Origin: Parasitella parasitica NRRL 2501
Taxonomy: Eukaryota; Fungi; Mucoromycota
Assembly: GCA_025201805.1 (NCBI GenBank)
Contig: MU619299.1
Location: 1 to 64,000 of the forward strand
Reading direction: 5' to 3'
Length of the DNA: 64,000 bases
Shown here: positions 1 through 14,060 of the stretch, one piece after another
Numbering within the stretch: position 1 is the stretch's first letter
How the letters are laid out: each line of letters begins with the position of its first letter
Made by a program: the position numbers and the translations under genes
The notes under the pieces: model-generated
What the model was told of the DNA's origin: nothing
What the model saw: the letters and a program-made list of their open reading frames with translations, nothing else
Databases searched by the model: none

Positions 1-625
1 TTTTATTTTTCAACATTTATCATAAATATCACATATTTGCTTATAACTTGTGCTAAAATAATCATAGAACCAAGATCTAACTTGGAAAACTTAGTGATGA
101 CTTGGCGCTATCTGGCGACAACATTGCTATCCATGTTTGCACTGAATTATAGAAAGTTATCTTCTGAAACCATACCAAAATTGCATATAAACAATGATAC
201 GCTTCCATAGACAGTAACATAAACACTCTCTTATGCTTCATAAGAACAGGCTTCATCATCGCTATCTGAGCATAATTTGCTTTCCAATGGGCAATGTCTC
301 TATCAAACGTTTTTTTGATTTTCGGATCGGAGTTTGAAACGTTTTCACGTGATTAGTTTTTCCTTTTTGTCGTGGATTGATCGCAGCAGTAGTACTACTG
401 AAAAACTGAACCGATAGTAAGTGTGCTTCATCATTGTTGGTGATCATTGTTCGTAAAAGCCTGGTTTTAAATCAATACAAGCTCATTTGGGTAAAACATT
501 ACGATCATATTTCAACACGGTAGTATGTTATGTAGTAAAATGGAATTGAGGAATCGATGAGTCGTATCATTAGAATACACATTACGATGGAAATGCTTTA
601 TTTCGAATCTTTTACATCAATGTAT

Positions 626-2678
626 CTATTTATATTGTTTGATGATTTGCTTAATTTTATGTTGCTCATGTTCAGTAAAATCTCCCTCTTCTTTCAATGC
701 TTGCTCTGTGAGTTGAAAAAAAATAGAAACAAAAGCTTAATTAACAAAACTTCAAGAAAAATTTAGATACAAACATACCAAGGAAATTGACCACTAACTG
801 CTGAACATCTTTGATTAGTACCAGGTTTTCTACAAGAGGTTCTATAATAGCAACAGTATAGCGAATAAACAAGACACTGTATGGTGCCTGAGCCATCTTC
901 AATAGTTTCTTCACGAAATGAACAATCAAGCTATCATCTAAATCACGACCAGGACCACTGAAATATTTTAAAACGGGAATCGTATAGTTCAACTGTACCA
1001 AATAGAGCATGCGATCGACCCAAGTTCTTTGTAATGCGAGCTAAACAAAAATACATCAGCATACTTTCGAGATAGACACTATTGTCATGTAAGAAACAAA
1101 AAAAACTACCTGAATTTCAGGAGCAAATGTATCTGTTTTATGTTTGATGCACTCTTGAATCACTTTGAACACGATGGGTTGTTGTAATTGATGACGGCAG
1201 GCAATTTCATCCAATGTTAATAACAGGACGGGAATTTCCTTTGTACAAAAGTAGGTCTCAAAGTAAGCTGTATGCATAGCCATATACTCGATCCACATGA
1301 GGACACCCATGGATCCGATGGGGAAGCGAATAGCACTTATGATATACTTCATGGCTCCTGTAACACTAACTTCTGTCTTGTTGACAAGAGAGATGTACAA
1401 GTCCTTCAATATCGACTGCACCTTGTGGATCTCGCCCTGTTGCTCAGTTCGTGGTTTTGTGTCGTTCATTGTGGTTGCGTAGGCTATTAAAAATGTCACA
1501 TCATCTACTAAATCCTGCCTTAATAATGATCCATGCTGAGGGACATATAATGCTGCGAGCATTTTTATAATTAAATCGTAATCGCATAAATGGCGAGCTG
1601 CAGGTGGGTTTTCGGAAGCGTAGAATCGTTTCAGCTGCAAAATGATTAGCTGCAGACCGCGCAATTGTTTATACACACACTTACTGCAACAAGATCGCCG
1701 GGTGTAATATTTTGTGAATTCATGATTGATTTGATGGTTTTGGATAATTCCATAGGTGCATCTGAAATGTGGGTGTGGATAACATCAACAATGGCCATGT
1801 TTCCCTTCTTTTTAGCAGCAATTTCAAGTTCTCTGCGAAGGCGAGCAAAAGGCGTGGCCCCGAATTCGTCTGCTAAACGTCGAAGTAATATCTGTGCATA
1901 TAAGTAAGTGTCTTCTCGTTCACAACAGACTCTCTATACAGAAGCTAAATCAAAACGGTTGCCATGCACACATTATCAACCTTACAACAAGACTGGGTAA
2001 ATTGTCATCAAATTCGACATTGTCCTTCTGAACAAGATCTGATAAAGCATCGTTTAAAATCAGCTTGTACACTTTGACGTAGGTTGATGCTGTTCGTAAT
2101 TTTGCAATTTCTTTGTCATGGCCAGCTTCTGCGATTCGCTACAATATAACTTGGTCAAAGTATGCGCATGTCGCGATCGACTAAACTTACGAGAATAGCA
2201 AAGTTGAGAAACACACAATTTGGATGTTCTTCCAACAGTTCATAGAATATCTGCCTCCAATGAATATCTTCAAGAATTAAATCAAGCCATTCTGGTGCCA
2301 TTTGATCGTTTAATTGCATGAAAAACTCGTCGCAGCGTTGAGGGTCAAATCGATTCTTCAATTGATGTCGAATAGCTTTACGCATGATAGCATCGCTGCT
2401 CAGGCCAATTGAATCAACAGAATTAGCAGTAGCATTACACATGGAAGGGATGCCAATATAGGATTCAGACAAAAGGTTGACTGCATCCATAGGTGCTCCT
2501 CCGAGCTTCAAGTACTCAGATAAAGCGTCTGTATAGATGTTCTGCTCTAAGATAGCATCTGTTTGCGACAATGCTCTTTTATATTCGTCAATAGACGCAA
2601 TTCTTAATCCACTGTTCGTCTATAAAATACTATTTAGGCCTAATGTATCAAGTGCAACGCGACAAGTTCCATTACCAT
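626..2678 (-). CDS. NELFCD: Negative elongation factor C/D (TH1-family) homolog, multi-exon
   Basis: N-terminal exon (YLKLGGAPMDAVNLLSESY...RFDPQRCD...PEWL...WRQIFYELLEEHPNCVFLNF) matches the TH1/NELF-C pattern; FPIGSMGVLMWI, LLTLDEIACRH and DDSLIVHFV..PYS motifs follow. ATG at 2678 is followed directly by an intron; last exon ends at TAG 626-628. Confidence 0.85.
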
Positions 2679-3302
2679 TGCAGCTTGTAGATGAAAAGGG
2701 AAAAACAGGTGAATGTTCAGCTCGAAAATGTTTTCATAGCTATGTGACTCTTTACACTCCATTACTGACATTTGCGCATAATGGTGGTCATGTTTCTAAC
2801 CCCCAACTTGAAGTTTGCTACACATATTCAAAAGCAAGTTATTCAGAAAAAAAAAATTGAATCTTAACCATTCCCGGCCTGCCTCTGAAAAGAATTAGCC
2901 CTTGATCAGCAATGGCATGCTATATTGTAGTATTTGGAGATTGGGATTCCAGAGTTGTAGGCATTTCTCCATGTATAGGCACTCTTAAAGATGTAATCTT
3001 GCTGACCCTTTTATATCTCTTATGGTTGTTGCGTGCATAAGGATCGCAGACAAACGCTTTTACATGAACTTGAGTTTGATGCATACGAACAAACCCTGTC
3101 AAAATCAGTATTCTTTACAGTGAGGCTCTGCTGAAAATGCCGCACTATAATTTTGAGGCGAGGAAGCCAGTTGATGATTAAAGAAAAATCAAATGTTACA
3201 CCCTGCGGATCGTTTTGGTTATTTTTAATCAGATTACAACCTCCTTTAATTAACTCGTTTTTTCTTTCTTTCTTTTTTTTTTTCTTTATAAATTTCAATA
3301 CT

Positions 3303-4970
3303 ATGAGCGAAAGACAATCCAAAACAGTTCAGGATAGACATGAACGTATACTAAATGAAATAGTAAAGACTCTTGGAAACGAACTCTGTGCCGACTGTGG
3401 CTCTAAAAGTAAAAAGTTATTTTATCACCATGCCACCAATTTCACAGTGCCTAAACAGCGTTTTAGATCCGCGATGGGCTTCCTATTCTCTAGGCATCTT
3501 TTTGTGCATTCGCTGTGCAGGTATCCATCGCAAAATGGGCACTCATATTTCTAAAATTAAATCCATCACTATGGACCAATGGAGTGCAGAACAAATTGAT
3601 GTAAAGTATTGTATACAATGTGTATTTATAGCGCCCATTCTAAAACAATGTTGTTGCTACAAATAGATGATGCGTAAATCAGGAGGAAACATCGCAGTAA
3701 ATAAGAAAGTCAACCCTAATCCTGGTAACAATCCACTTCCTTTGGCTCAAGATGACGAGCAGTAAGTAGTACAAGTAGCATTTCCCAAGAGTTGATGTTG
3801 ATATATAAATGTGTGTATCAAGTGCCATGGAAAGATACATTAGAGCAAAATGGGAGAAGCGTTCATTTGCAGCCGACAATAGAATGGTATGTCGTGCATT
3901 TACTAAAAGAAAGGGTCTGTTTTTTTTTCAAACCATGGGATTTTTAGGCGCCTTTACCAAAGACACCAGCTGTTGCTAGACTTCAAACACTGCCTAAACG
4001 ATCTTCGTCTGTTCCAATCCTGGCTTCACTCAGCAAAACCAATGATCCTTTATCGGCTGCTTTGAATCAATTGCGCGAAATGGGATTCAAGGATGAGTCC
4101 AGGAACAAGCAAATCTTGACGCAGACTCAAGGGAGCATTGAAGCTGCTGTGGATATACTGTCTCGAGCTTCCCCTCCTGCCATGACCCAGCAATCCCTAA
4201 CAGATGATCAAAAAGTAGAGCAGCTGATAAAATTGGGCTACATCGATAGAAAAAGTAATGTAGACGCACTCCGTCGTTCTGGTGGCAATATAGATATCGC
4301 AATTACGATTTTGAATGAAACAAAGACGATTCTACAACAAAAAGGATTTGCTGGCCAAACCCAACACCATCAAGGATCGTTTAGGTCAAATTCAGTGCCA
4401 GTATTAAACTATCAGTCGCTTATCGATGTAGGTCCCCCAGCCACTACGAGCTCCATTGGCAATGGGCTTAATAACCCGTTTGCAAGTGCGCAACAACAGC
4501 AGCCTCTTCAAATGCAGCAGCAGCAGCAGCAGCAGCAGCCATTCATGTATCAACAACAGCCTCAACTGTCTATGCAGAACCACGCATTTAATAATAACCC
4601 TTTTGGATTGCCATCAACTACACCTAATAATTGTAAGTGTATACCAGTGTTGCGGACACTCCTTTTTATCTAGATCTAACACCTTCTCATAGTCGCATTA
4701 ACCCAAAATGTTGACAATAATAATATGCTGCAACGACCAGCTGGCTTTTCTAATCCATTTTCTCAAGTGACCCCAGTGGCCAGTTCTCCTTACACTATTA
4801 ATAACAGCACTTCTTACTTTACAGCAACATCGACTCTGCCCCACCAACACCAACAGCAGCAGCAGCACCAACAACAGCAGCCCTTTTTACAGCAGCAGCA
4901 CCCGCAACAAACTCAACAATCCATGAACCCTTGGTCATCTGCTGCTGCTACTCCAAATACTTTGTTTTAA
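3303..4970 (+). CDS. ArfGAP-domain protein with two UBA-like domains and Q-rich/NPF tail (SMAP/Gts1-like)
   Basis: CADC...[22 protein letters not shown] zinc finger; MGF...AAVDIL and LGY...[11 protein letters not shown]-like motifs; NPF motifs; spliced. Confidence 0.9.
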
Positions 4971-5497
4971 GCAATGCATTTGAATTGCCATATAATAAAA
5001 ATAAACAAATTCAATAAATCCCTCCATTTGCTTGAGTTTTTTTTTTTTTTTTTTTTTTTTTTTCTCTAATTCCAACATTGGCACCGAGGTTCATTAAAGA
5101 CCTTTAGAAACCAACATACAAGTCAGCTAAGGTCTCAAAATAAAGCCTGAAAGATGACATTTATTACATTTGAACGCAAGCTGGATCTGCCACATTATCT
5201 ACCTCGGCCAGATAAAGTTGCATTGTAGGGGACAGTATGCTATCATGTGGTGAGCCGTGCCCGACATCTTTTGTTTACTATGTGCCTATATAGTCTGCTG
5301 GATCAGATAAAATCTGGGAATCAATTAGGCAAATCTAGGTGTGCGAAACAAGACAACGTTTAATTAAACAGACATCTTTGTACTCCTTCTTGCCCCTTTT
5401 TTGCTTAATTTACTTGGTTTCCCCTTTTCTTGATTTCTCACACGTTTTTTTTTTTTTTTTTTTTTTTTNNNNNNNNNNTTTTCCTCTCTCCAACGCA

Positions 5498-8400
5498 ATG
5501 TCCAATCCGATAGCTGATACAGCCGAGTATTTTGCTCGTTGGAGACACAACATCCAAGATAAAAACCATGCAACATCACTTGATGAACCCGCCAACAGCA
5601 CAGTGCCCCGCTCTGTTGGCGGCGGCATCACCACTACAACCGCCGCTGGCGATTCAGTCCACAATGACAGTACCGTGTCTGACCATCGCTCACAGTGGCT
5701 GCGTCTACTGAATAGAGTGTCGTTCATGAATTCGGTAGACTCAACGCCGATGAAAGATGATCAGCAGCTTTCTGACGAAGAATCTGTCAACGTGGATCGA
5801 GATACGTTTGAGCTGATGAGAAGTGCGGCAAGAGAGAACCGTCAACGGTCTCGTCACCATAGTCTCAATGTATCCACATCAGCCACAGGTGCTGTTAGAG
5901 GCCGCGACGATGAACCCACCGTCCTGGAAGAGCAAGAAGATGACCAGGAAGAGCTGCTACCTTCCGCTTACGACTTGGAAAACGATCATGTCTATCCGCT
6001 GAGCGATGACTCTGAGGACGAAGAAAGCAACTACTTTACCCATCCGTTCCAAGCTGAGCAAGACGAACAACAGGATGCGACAACAGCAGCAGCAGCGCCA
6101 CCACAGCGACCTCCGCCTGTGCTAAAGTACGCACGCACTGCAATACCTAGCAGAAGGCCTGAGGCTGAAAGCAGCGCAAGTGGTGTGCCTGTGGATGGAT
6201 ACACTGATGACACCCGTATTCGCAAAGACAAATGGGACAGAACCTTGGACAAGATCAAATTGATTGCGAATTTCCAACCAGGGACACCACCCCCACCGTC
6301 TCCTCATCAGACACATGTAATGCTGGGCCCCTCGCACACATTAGCGACGTACTATCCGCCTGCTTTTGATCCTATTTTTGCAGCCTTTGCCAAGGACGAG
6401 TATGGCAAGAATCTGGTAAGTAGCACAATCCGTACGACGCTGTTGTGCTAATTTTGAGCCCTTGTGTTTCATCTGGTTATATAGCCACCCATTTTGCTGC
6501 AGTGTATCTACGTGAGTGTGCAAACTGTTTTTTTTTTTTTTTTTTTTTTTTTTTTTGTAGCGTGTCAAGCAGGGACGTACTGACACAGAACATGATATGA
6601 TAGTTAAATGTGACAGACTCGGAATATCTGTATGGCACCGGCCAGTGGGTGTTCCGCATAGAATTGCAGTATGGAGATGTCAAGTGGGTCATTCGTCGTG
6701 GCATTGCAGACTTTGTAGCTCTCCACATCAAGCTCAAAGTCAAGTCTAATCTTTACGATTATGTCCCTGACCCGCCCGTTTTTCCGAACCAACTCGCCAA
6801 CTTACTGGACACAGCTAAATCTACAATGGGCCTCCATTACCGAGGCGATGAGCCCGAGCCTTCTCTTGCGCTGCCAGCATATCAACATCAGCACGACGAC
6901 GGCTCCAGTATCAAGAGCAAAGTCGCTTTCAATCGCAGAACGGCATTGACCCAGTATCTACGAGCTCTGTTACTGCGTGCACATGTCACTGTCAGCTACG
7001 ATATCTGCGAATTTTTAGAGCTATCTGCTATAAGCATTGTACAAGACATGGGGTGGAAAGGCAAGGAAGGCTACATGCGTAATCGTATCAACTATGTTTC
7101 GCCGCGCTGTTGTCAAATTTGGAAAACACATCGATGGAGTACAGAATGGATCATTCTTAGAGATTCGTAAGAAGCTTCTATTGAACCGTGATGTGATGAT
7201 TTGAACTCAAATTTTAAATGCTATAGATACATGGCGTTTTGTACGGATACAGCATCACCCACGCCAACAGATGTGCTGCTGTTTGACAACGGGCTTTGCA
7301 TTGATATTCAGGAACCCCGCGTCTATTTAGGCAGCTATCATATATCCATCAGCAACGAGTCTCGCAAGATAGAAATCAAAGGCACAAAACGAGAAGTCGA
7401 TCAGTGGCTTGAAAGCATGGAAAAGGTTCGAAATGATAGCCCCTGGGTGCAAAATCACCGCTTTGGCTCGTTTGCGCCAGTTCGCACACATGCCAAAGTG
7501 AAATGGTTTGTTGATGCAGAAAGTAAGTCTTTTTTTTTTTTTTTTAACGAGACAAGGGCGCTGAGCCATCTTTTTTTTTTTTCGTCGCACTATTCGCATA
7601 GATCACTTTAATGCGGTTGCAGAAGCGATTCTTTCTGCAAAGGTGGAAATCTACATAGCTGACTGGTGGCTCACTCCAGAGTTGGTAAGCTCAGCAGCGA
7701 TTATTTTATGCTATTGCATGGACTAATCCATGTGGACGTAGTATCTAAGAAGACCCCCTGAGGAAAATGAAGATTTCAGGCTAGACAGGCTGCTTCACCG
7801 TAAAGCCGCCGAAGGAGTCAAAATTTACATAGTTGTGTATAAAGAAATGTCGCTTGCGCTTACCATCGATTCTGTACATACAAAGCAATGGCTGCAAAAC
7901 CTGCACCCCAACATCATTGTTCAGCGACACCCAGACCACACATTTGGAAACGACAACACAGTTTTGTTTTGGTCGCATCATGAGGTATGTTTTGTGTATG
8001 AATAAGCCCACAGACACTGCATACGATATACACACGAATTCTCATTCCATGCAGAAAATTGTTGTTGTAGATAATCGTTTGGCATTTATCGGCGGCCTCG
8101 ATCTGTGCTTTGGAAGATACGATACGCACAGCCACTCTCTTTCCGACTATCCTGCTGATGGGCATGACCGTGAAGTATTTCCTGGTCAAGATTACTCCAA
8201 TCCTCGAGTCAAGGATTTTGTAAATGGTAACTACAGGACTTGTCGAATCAAGTATAGCATTTGCATGTGCTGATAACTTTTTTGTTTTGCTTTTTGTGTG
8301 TGCAATTTAGTTGCCCAGTTTGATAAAACACTCGTAGACAAAAAAGTAACTCCTAGAATGCCATGGCACGATGTTACTCTGGGTGTAGTTGGCCCCATCG

Positions 8401-10236
8401 CCAGAGACATAGCACGCCATTTCATCCAAAGGTGGAATTTCTTGAAATCAACAAAGAGCATGCATCGCCGTAATTTGCCATTTTTGATGCCAAAGGGTGA
8501 GTATGTCGCTGCTCGGGACGAAAGCAACTTTTCAGGCACATGCAAGGTTCAGCTGCTGAGAAGTTCTTCTCGCTGGAGCTCGGATGTTGAACGTGAGCAC
8601 TCAATCTACAATGCTTACATGGAATGCATAGCACATTCAAAGCACTTTATCTACATTGAGAATCAGTTCTTTATCAGCACTACGCAAGACGACAAATTGC
8701 TCCGTAACAAGATTGCTCAAGCTTTGGTGGAAAGAATTAGACGAGCCCACGATAAGGGCGAGAAGTTTAGAGTCTATGTTGTTATTCCGCTTGTGCCTGC
8801 ATTCGAAGGGGATTTAGCATCAAGCGAGGCGTCGTCGGCTAGGTATGTGGCATTCTACGCAGACAATACTTACTCACCACAATTGCTTTTGTAGAACTGT
8901 GATGCATTTCCAGTACGTGACCATCTCGCGAGGTGGAAACTCCATCATTCAAAAACTCAATGAATACGGCATCGACGCTGACCAATATATTTCATGGTTC
9001 AGCCTACGAAACTATGGCAAAATTAAAACCCCCAAACCTCCTCCACAACAGACAGACGCTGATGATTTACAGCCACCGCACAACGACAGCGGATCTGTAT
9101 TTGGTGACGAAGCAGTTGCAAAGGATCCTTTTGCAGACAATGCTACTCACCATCTCCACCCCCACTTGCATCTGCACAAAGTAAACACAAACGAATCTGT
9201 CTCCTCAACCACAACGGCTGCCAACAGCTTTTTAGGCGGGCAATCCTCCTTGCATCCAGAAACATTTAACGGTAGCAGGCGCGGATCTTCCACTAGCAAC
9301 ACTGGTGATTTGGTAGACGATGACAGATACGACTATGTTAGTGAATTGCTGTACATCCACGACAAGTTGATGATTGTTGACGACCGAATTGTGCTGATGG
9401 GATCTGCCAATATCAATGACCGTTCACAGCTAGGAAATCGTGATTCAGAGATTGCCATGCTAGTGGAGGATACAGATATGATTCCTTCCTTTATGAACGG
9501 CAAAGAGGTATGTAGAAGCAGCCACGTGTGTGTGTGTGTGTATATATTTATATATTTATATATCTTTTACTCACTGGACTGCACTATTCAGTACAAGGCG
9601 GCCAAATTTGCACATACTTTACGCATGCAACTTTGGAAAGAGCATTTGGGATTACTCAATTTTGAAAAATGGTCCCAACTATTACAAGACCAGGACGAAA
9701 AGCAAGTAGAAACGCTTGATATACCACCGTCTACCAATACCAATATGAACGCATACCCAAGTCTGACAAGATCTCTCAACAATGCCCATGATATTAAAAC
9801 CATTGAGGCAGACGAGCCTGTCAAGATGCTGGACAGAGCCAGCCGGACGTTTAGCTTCTACGACACGTTCAAAACACATCATCCCCATGGCAAACGACAT
9901 GATGCGGCTGCTCTTGATCCTCTATCAGATCACACCTACAACAACATTTGGAACAAACGGGCAACCGGCAACACACACATATACAGACAGTTGTTCAGAT
10001 GCATCCCCGATGACACAGTGCACACTTATGAACAGCACCGCAAGTTTATCCCGAATCCAGCCAAAGTCAAGACGGGCCATATAGCAGACCCCAATTTGAC
10101 AGAGGAAGAGATTTGCGAGCAGTTGGGCCAAATACGAGGTCATCTCGTGCTGTTTCCCAAGGACTATCTCAAGGAAGAAAACTTACTGCAGGGCACAATT
10201 ATCGATACAATGACTCCATTGATTATTTTTACTTGA
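5498..10236 (+). CDS. PLD1: Phospholipase D1 (PX-PH-2xHKD, Spo14/PLD1-like)
   Basis: Two HKD motifs (WSHHE|KIVVVD; YIHDKLMIVDDR..GSANINDRS), PRMPWHD, YIENQFF, PX/PH region, C-terminal ...IIFT. Confidence 0.95.
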
Positions 10237-10842
10237 CATTGTTGTATAAATCAGTTGCTGTTAGTCCCTTTAAGCTAAACCCATGAATGTCGTTTTTGCC
10301 CTCCATTTGTTGTATCGCAGTTGCGTTTTTCTTGATTATATCTCTTGCTTCACCAGTCTTTTCATCTAGCACTTTTTGATCTATCGTGTAGTAAGGGGAA
10401 ATTAATTATCTGTGCCAAAAGAGTGGTGTGCAGGGTATACCACATGCCTTTTTCTATCAATGCTTTGGTTTTCTCTGTTGGCAGTTTGATAAACATGTCT
10501 CCAAAAAATGTCCATGTTTTCGTGTCTGGCATTATGCGTAAATGACGAGATTCTTTTTGCACAATGTTTGGATACATACCATGTGTCTTTTTCAAGCTGG
10601 ATAACGCTTCCCTGTTTGAATTTCTTTTCCTGTCATAGTCAACCACCTTTTGTCCGCGATTGTTAGCTATAATCAAACACAGACTCCTGTATACGACTTT
10701 ACTGCCTGCTTGTTGACAAGTATTTCCTCTGCTAAATGCTCTTTTGCAGCCAGTGCTATCACCGTACGTTAGCAAGCTATGCTATCGAGGGCTTTACATC
10801 ATACGCACTTTTTTCAATCTGATTTGCTACGACGTTGGCCAT
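10229..10842 (-). CDS. PDRG1: p53 and DNA damage-regulated protein 1 (prefoldin-like), 5 exons
   Basis: Spliced product MANVVANQIEKTLAAKEHLAEEILVNKQAVVDYDRKRNSNREAL...FGDMFIKLP...IEKDQKVLD...GFSLKGL matches the PDRG1 family pattern. Confidence 0.85.
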
Positions 10843-11088
10843 GGTTTTTTTTTGGGTTTTTTTTTGCGAGTGTAAATTCAGAAAAGAAACAGCAAGCCAC
10901 ACCACTGCCTTATTTCAAATAAAAAAGCTGTGTTGTAGGGCTGTGCCGGCAGTACCTTCTTTCTCCCTGTTTACTTTTTTTTTTTTTNNNNNNNNNNNNN
11001 NNNNNNNNNNNNNNNNNNNNNNNNNNNNNNNNNNNNNNNNNNNNNNNNNNNNTTTTTTCACCACGCGATTTTTGTTGTGTGTCTAGAA

Positions 11089-12806
11089 ATGAGTGTATTC
11101 CCAAAGGAAACTATCAAAGTAAGTAAAAAGAGCTCAATTGCCAATTGTCTATAGTATGCAGCAGTGGTTGAATAAACGACTAGAATGTTGGTGAATCGCT
11201 AGGCATTGCCAACCTCAAAGATGAAGTTGCCACAGCATTGGCCCAAGACGTTGAATACAGAGTCCACGAGTTGATTCAAGTATGTCGATTGTCTGTCTCT
11301 ATTCCTCATATACCGTTTGCTCACAAAAAAAAAACACGAAAACATAGGAAGCAGCAAAATTCATGCGACACTCTAAAAGAACAAAGTTGTCCGTAGACGA
11401 CATCAATGCAGCGCTTCGCGTTAAAAACGTCGAGCCGCTCTACGGATACACATGTAGAGAAATGCCCAAGTTTAGAAAGACAACTGTCAACTCCACCGAC
11501 ATCTATTTTGACGACGATGAAGAGGTCGATTTTGATTCAGTGCTGAACAAACCGCTCCCAAAAATCCCCTTGGACATTACATTCACAGCGCACTGGCTCG
11601 CTATCGAAGGCGTGCAGCCAGCCATCCCACAGAACCCAACGCCCAGCGGTAATCTATCAATCAAATGCGTGGAGAGTTGGCCTCCTAACATTTGTGTATG
11701 TATATAGACGCTAAAGCAGAACTGTTGTCAAAGCGTGCAAAGAACCATGCTTCCTCCAACGGCATTACCACAGACCAAGTCAATGTCAAACCGCTTGTCA
11801 AACATGTGCTGTCCAAAGAACTACAAATGTACTTTGAGAGGATTACAGAGGCTGTCTTGAGCGAAGACGAAAGATTACAATCACAAGCATTCGAGAGTTT
11901 GCGCTCAGATCCCGGCCTACATCAATTGCTGCCTTACTTTGTTCAGCACATTCACAAGAAGGTGACCCAAAACCACAAGAATTTGGATGTCCTAGAAGCC
12001 ATGTTATCGATGGCCTACTCGCTGCTGAACAATAAGCATCTATTCGTGGAGCCATATGTATGTCGATTCTGTGCTATACAAATAGCCAAAACTCTAAACA
12101 CACACACACACACACACACACTTACTCACTCACTCACTCACTCACTCATATCATAGCTTCATCAACTAGTCCCTCCTATTCTCTCATGTCTAGTAGGTCA
12201 TAACATCTGCGAGAACCCACAAACACAAGATCATTGGTCTACTCGTCAGCGTGCTGCCACATTGATTGCCGACATTTGTCATCAGTACGGCAAAGCTTAT
12301 CATACGTTACAGCCTCGTATTACAAAGACTTTGCTGCGTGCATTTCTAGATCCTGCGAGACCTCTTACGACACAGTATGGATCCATCATTGGATTAGACA
12401 AAATTGGCACAGAGGTGACTCGTGTGCTAATTGCTCCCAACATCAAATTCTACACTGAGAATTGCCTGGAACATGGCCTCAATAGCCCAAACCCTATGCG
12501 AGTAGAGGAAGCTTTGAAATGCAAAGAAGCATTGGTGGTAAGTTTTTAAATGTGAACGGAATCGTGGATAGGAATGCTGATTAGCGTACCGACGCATAGA
12601 CTGTGTTGGATCATATTGCAGAGCAAGATGAGAGTGCATCAAAGAAACCAAGATCAGAGCATGATATGGAGCAAGATGAACCAGCTCCTACAGAAGAGGA
12701 AAAGAAGCAGCTAGTAGACTTTGTGGGTCTAGTTATCGGGCAAGCTTACTTGGACAAAGAGCACAGAAAGTCAAGGGTCAAGAGTTTGATTGAACTGGCT
12801 GCTTGA
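11089..12806 (+). CDS. TAF6: TFIID/SAGA subunit TAF6
   Basis: Histone fold (LAQDVEYR, KFMRHSKRTKLSVDDINAAL..NVEPLYG), HWLAIEGVQPAIPQNP, KHVLSKELQ, DPGLHQLLPYF. Confidence 0.95.
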
Positions 12807-13267
12807 TTTGATGGTTATGTATACATACAATAAAACTATATTATTATCAAAACAAGTTTACCAAGCCCTGTAAAATGCCGACTGCGTACAGTCAACATTA
12901 GAAATGTTCTTGGTAGTGAATGGATTCTAATATACAGGCATGCATGCATACAAGCCTTAGCACCATGACATACGAAATGGAACCAATATACATGCACACA
13001 TAATTGACCACTTTTGAAAACCAAACAGAATTGGCCATGATATGCTGCACACTGTTAGACGAGGCAAGTAGATCATGTCATAATGGCCAATGCAGATTAC
13101 TTACGAACAGATGACTGTCATAAGTTGAATCTAACACAAACAATCAACAAGTACACAGTTGCAGGGCACAAAACTGAAGGATCTGTATTCCCGTTCCCAT
13201 CAAACACATGTACAATACAAGCACATAGTGTGATACATGATAAATGAATGCATTCTTTTTATTTTAC

Positions 13268-13302
<35 letters not shown>

Positions 13303-13668
13303 NNNNNNNNNNNNNNNNNNNNNNNNNNNNNNNNNNNNNNNNNNNNNNNNNNNNNNNNNNNNNNNNNNNNNNNNNNNNNNNNNNNNNNNNNNNNNNNNNN
13401 NNNNNNNNNNNNNNNNNNNNNNNNNNNNNNNNNNNNNNNNNNNNNNNNNNNNNNNNNNNNNNNNNNNNNNNNNNNNNNNNNNNNNNNNNNNNNNNNNNNN
13501 NNNNNNNNNNNNNNNNNNNNNNNNNNNNNNNNNNNNNNNNNNNNNNNNNNNNNNNNNNNNNNNNNNNNNNNNNNNNNNNNNNNNNNNNNNNNNNNNNNNN
13601 NNNNNNNNNNNNNNNNNNNNNNNNNNNNNNNNNNNNNNNNNNNNNNNNNNNNNNNNNNNNNNNNNNNA

Positions 13669-14060
13669 ATTAACTTACATAGGTTTCATCGAATTGCAAT
13701 ACTAACTTGAAAGTACCGTCCTCGAAAGGGGTATCAGCTGAAAATCTGTTGTAAATAAACAATCGTACAAACCAGAGGCATTCGACTTACCAGGACCAAA
13801 GATTACTGCATTCCACATCATGATATTTTCGGGGCTGGGAGCGCCTGTAAAACAACATACCGTCAGTATTGATGCCTTCTTGGAAAAACCAAGCAGACTA
13901 GTTACCTGATACGCCGGCTAAGCATCCACAAATAGGGTGGTATTCAACCTGTTAATAGACTGCGACTAATGTATTTTTTACTTGAGCAACATTTACCAGG
14001 AGGATCACTTTGTAATCTCTTAAAATCACGCATAAGTCTTCTTCTAGTAGGTGTGGACAT
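13669..14060 (-). CDS. RAD6: Ubiquitin-conjugating enzyme Rad6/Ubc2; 5' part only, remainder in the N gap (13303-13668)
   Basis: Spliced exons read [55 protein letters not shown], diagnostic of Rad6. Missed by the ORF track because the exons are tiny. Confidence 0.9.

Noticed and set aside
77-447. Two short minus-strand ORFs downstream of NELF-C/D
   Set aside because: No recognisable motif and no consistent splice model.
13237-13710. Poly-F/poly-K/X-rich ORFs here and at similar sites
   Set aside because: Artefacts of homopolymer runs and N gaps.
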